In this document: one piece after another, positions 61,715-64,000 of the stretch | Position numbering within the stretch: the stretch's first letter is position 1 | How the letters are laid out: each line of letters begins with the position of its first letter | Source: Squalus acanthias | Taxonomy: Eukaryota | Length of the DNA stretch: 64,000 bases | Assembly: GCA_030390025.1 (NCBI GenBank) | Contig: CM059434.1 | Span: 104,160,001 to 104,224,000, forward strand | Reading direction: 5' to 3' | Notes under the pieces: model-generated | What the model was told of the DNA's origin: nothing | Database searches by the model: none | Seen by the model: only the letters and a program-made list of their open reading frames with translations | Translations under genes and position numbers: made by a program

Positions 61715-62479
61715 GGCCCGAAAATTAGACCTAATACGCGAGAGTACGCACTGTGTACTCTCGCGTATTAGGTCCCGAATTGCCGGTTTCCTGCATGCAC
61801 TGCGCATGCGCGGGAAACCGGCACTTCGTGTATTGCAAAGGGGGCGGTTCCTAAGTGAACCGTATGCGCACTACAGGTTGTGCGCACACAGTGCACTTAG
61901 TTTTTTTTTCAGGTTTGAACGCGCAGGTAAGTGGTGAAGATTTTACACATAAAGAAAGCAGGCATAGGACCCCCTTTTAACAAGGTAAGTAGTTAATTAA
62001 GTGTTATTTTAAAAAATTTTCAACAGGTTTATCTTTTTTAGAGACTGTAAAGAAAGGTAAGTTTATTTTTATAACTTTTAAAAAGAATTTAAATTTTTTC
62101 AAAAATTTAATTTTTTGTTTAAAGTGGTTAATTTATTTAACTATAGTTATTTTATTAATGTGATGGCTTTTTAAAAAAAATTTAATTGAGGTTTAGCTGT
62201 TCTTTTGGGGCTTGTAGTATTCATAGCTTTGACAGCCCTTGTTGTCAAAACTATGAATGAAAGATGGTGTGCTGCCATTGGCTCTAACTGTCCCACGTGA
62301 TCCCAGAGCTCGCACAAACTAATTGCGCCTCTGGGACATGCACACACTGCGCGCCGGCAACAGGTAGAGGCCCTCAAACTGAAGTTCGTGTGGGCCCGAA
62401 ACAAAAAGGTAGGCGCGGAGTGCGATATCGCGGGGAATCCTTACCCCTGCGGCAACCATCGATGTTTAATTTCTGGGCC
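61715..62479. mobile_element. Harbinger-type MITE inserted in pol
   Basis: TIRs GGCCCGAAAATTA / GGCCCAGAAATTA; flanks AAT/ATT; AT-rich core like 22075-22816. Confidence 0.85.
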
Positions 62480-64000
62480 ATTACATCCTTTAATTGTATC
62501 GTTTTAAGATCCGGAGGAAGAGGAATAGTAATGGGTACCGGGGTAATGGCAGCCACTACTCCCGATTGGTACGGGTCCCATGGGACCACTTCCTCTGCTC
62601 CCATCATAGAAAACTTGTCCGCCTTCCTATTTCCCTCCCATCAGGGTTGCGCTTTAGAATGGGCTTTGACCTTATGGCTATCATATTCTTTGTCAATTCC
62701 ACCCCCTTCTGTGGGTCATAGACCTCGCACACTGTTTTGTGCTCCCCTTTCTCCACAAAACTGGACCCATCCACATATATGTCGCGGCCCTCTGGGTGGA
62801 GGCTGGATTTAAATCCGCCACCTGTTTCCCACACCCCTTCGACTGTACAGGTGTGGGGTTCCCTCTGATAATTGAGGTTGGCCGATATCTTCGGGTCACT
62901 TATTGTTTTTACCCTCCGGTCCAACCCTTCAAGTTGGAGTGTCCACCTAGCAATCCGAGTGCTAGACACCGTCCCCTCCTTAATCAGATCTTCTAACAAG
63001 AGACGGGTTGGTGTGTGATGGGTAAGGAGGGTGATGGTCCGCGTTCCGGTGAATACCGCAAAATGCTTTACTGCCCAGAAGGTGGTGAGCAAGTGCCGCT
63101 CACAGGTAGAATAGCCTTTTTCTACCTCGGATAATACCTTGGAGGCGTAAGCTACCGGTCTCAAATGCCCATTAGTTTCCTGCATAAGGACAGCACTCAA
63201 ACTGGCGTCTGTCGCCGCCACTTCTAGACAGAAGCCCTTTTTAGGGTCCACAGCTCCTAGGACTGTCTGTAAGTCCCTCTTCAGCTGCACAAATGCATTT
63301 TCGCAGTTCTCGTTCCACTCCCATTCTATTCCTTTCCTTAACAACCTTAAGGGAGCTACCGTGGCAGCGTAATTCTCTATGAATTCCCTGCAGTAGCCTG
63401 TCAGACCCAGGAATGACCTAAGAGTGGTTACCGAACCTGGACGGTGTAATTCCTGGATTGCTTTGCGCTTTGCCTCGTCTATCACGCACTCTCCCAGTCG
63501 AAGAGTCAGTCCGAGAAACTGGACCTCCTCCTGCTCTATCTGAGCCTTCTTGGGGTTTACCTTAAAACCTGCTGCTCTGAGCAACTCTAACAGTTCCTCC
63601 AGTAGCCCCTCATGTTCCTCCTCACTATCTGAGAACAGCAACAAGTCGTCCATGTATTGGACAAGTTGGCCTGGCTGACTGAACTCTTTCAGCCACCTGG
63701 CCATGCACTGGTGAAAAATAGACAGGCTGTTATGGAATCCCTGTGGCAGGCAGGTCCATGAATATTGCTGCCCTTTGAAGGTAAAAGCGAACTTATACTG
63801 ATCCTCTAAGTGTAAGGGAATCGACCAGAACCTGTCGGATACGTCTTGTACTGTGAACACTGGCGGAACTGGGGATATTGCCGATCAAGTCAACCACGGC
63901 GGCTACTGTGGGAGCGCATGTGGGAATGTTTGTATACAGGACTCTATAACCTATAGTCATTCGCCAAGAAGCATCTGGTTTCTCGACTGGCCAAATGGGG
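62480..64000 (-). pseudogene. pol: reverse transcriptase, tether (degenerate RNase H) and second RNase H
   Basis: PIWPV.KPD.SWR; FTVQDVSDRFWSIPL; WTCLPQGFHNS; YMDDLL; LRSFLGLTGYCREFI; tether FCLEVAAT..SLSAVL.Q....LRPVAYAS; then IYVDGSSF. Confidence 0.95.

Larger units (their letters stand above)
57854..64000 (-). mobile_element. Endogenous retrovirus-like element (lokiretrovirus-like): pol, env and 3' LTR; continues beyond the window
   Basis: Order RT, tether, RNase H, integrase, env, PPT, LTR on the minus strand; many stops and frameshifts; one MITE insertion. Confidence 0.88.

Overview
Repeat-dense, gene-poor vertebrate DNA, most likely from a shark or other cartilaginous fish, judged from about ten DeuSINE (SacSINE1-like) copies, an HE1-like V-SINE and the CR1/L2 tails. 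No intact host protein-coding gene is recognisable; only two weak orphan exon candidates were seen. Main contents: (1) a two-gene PIF/Harbinger DNA transposon (18283-21957; Myb/SANT gene plus DDE transposase, TIRs, 3-bp TSD), two older relatives and more than a dozen Harbinger-type MITEs; (2) two Penelope-like families carrying minimal type I hammerhead ribozymes, including ~130-bp TSD-flanked hammerhead mini-elements, a 188-bp palindromic double copy and a GIY-YIG-encoding relative whose ribozyme shows compensatory base changes; (3) CR1, L2, RTE and Vingi/Ingi-like LINE fragments, often nested; (4) from 57854 to the window end, a decayed endogenous retroelement on the minus strand with RT, tether, second RNase H, integrase, an F-protein-like env and a 3' LTR, resembling lokiretroviruses. 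All family names come from motif recognition by eye, not from database searches.
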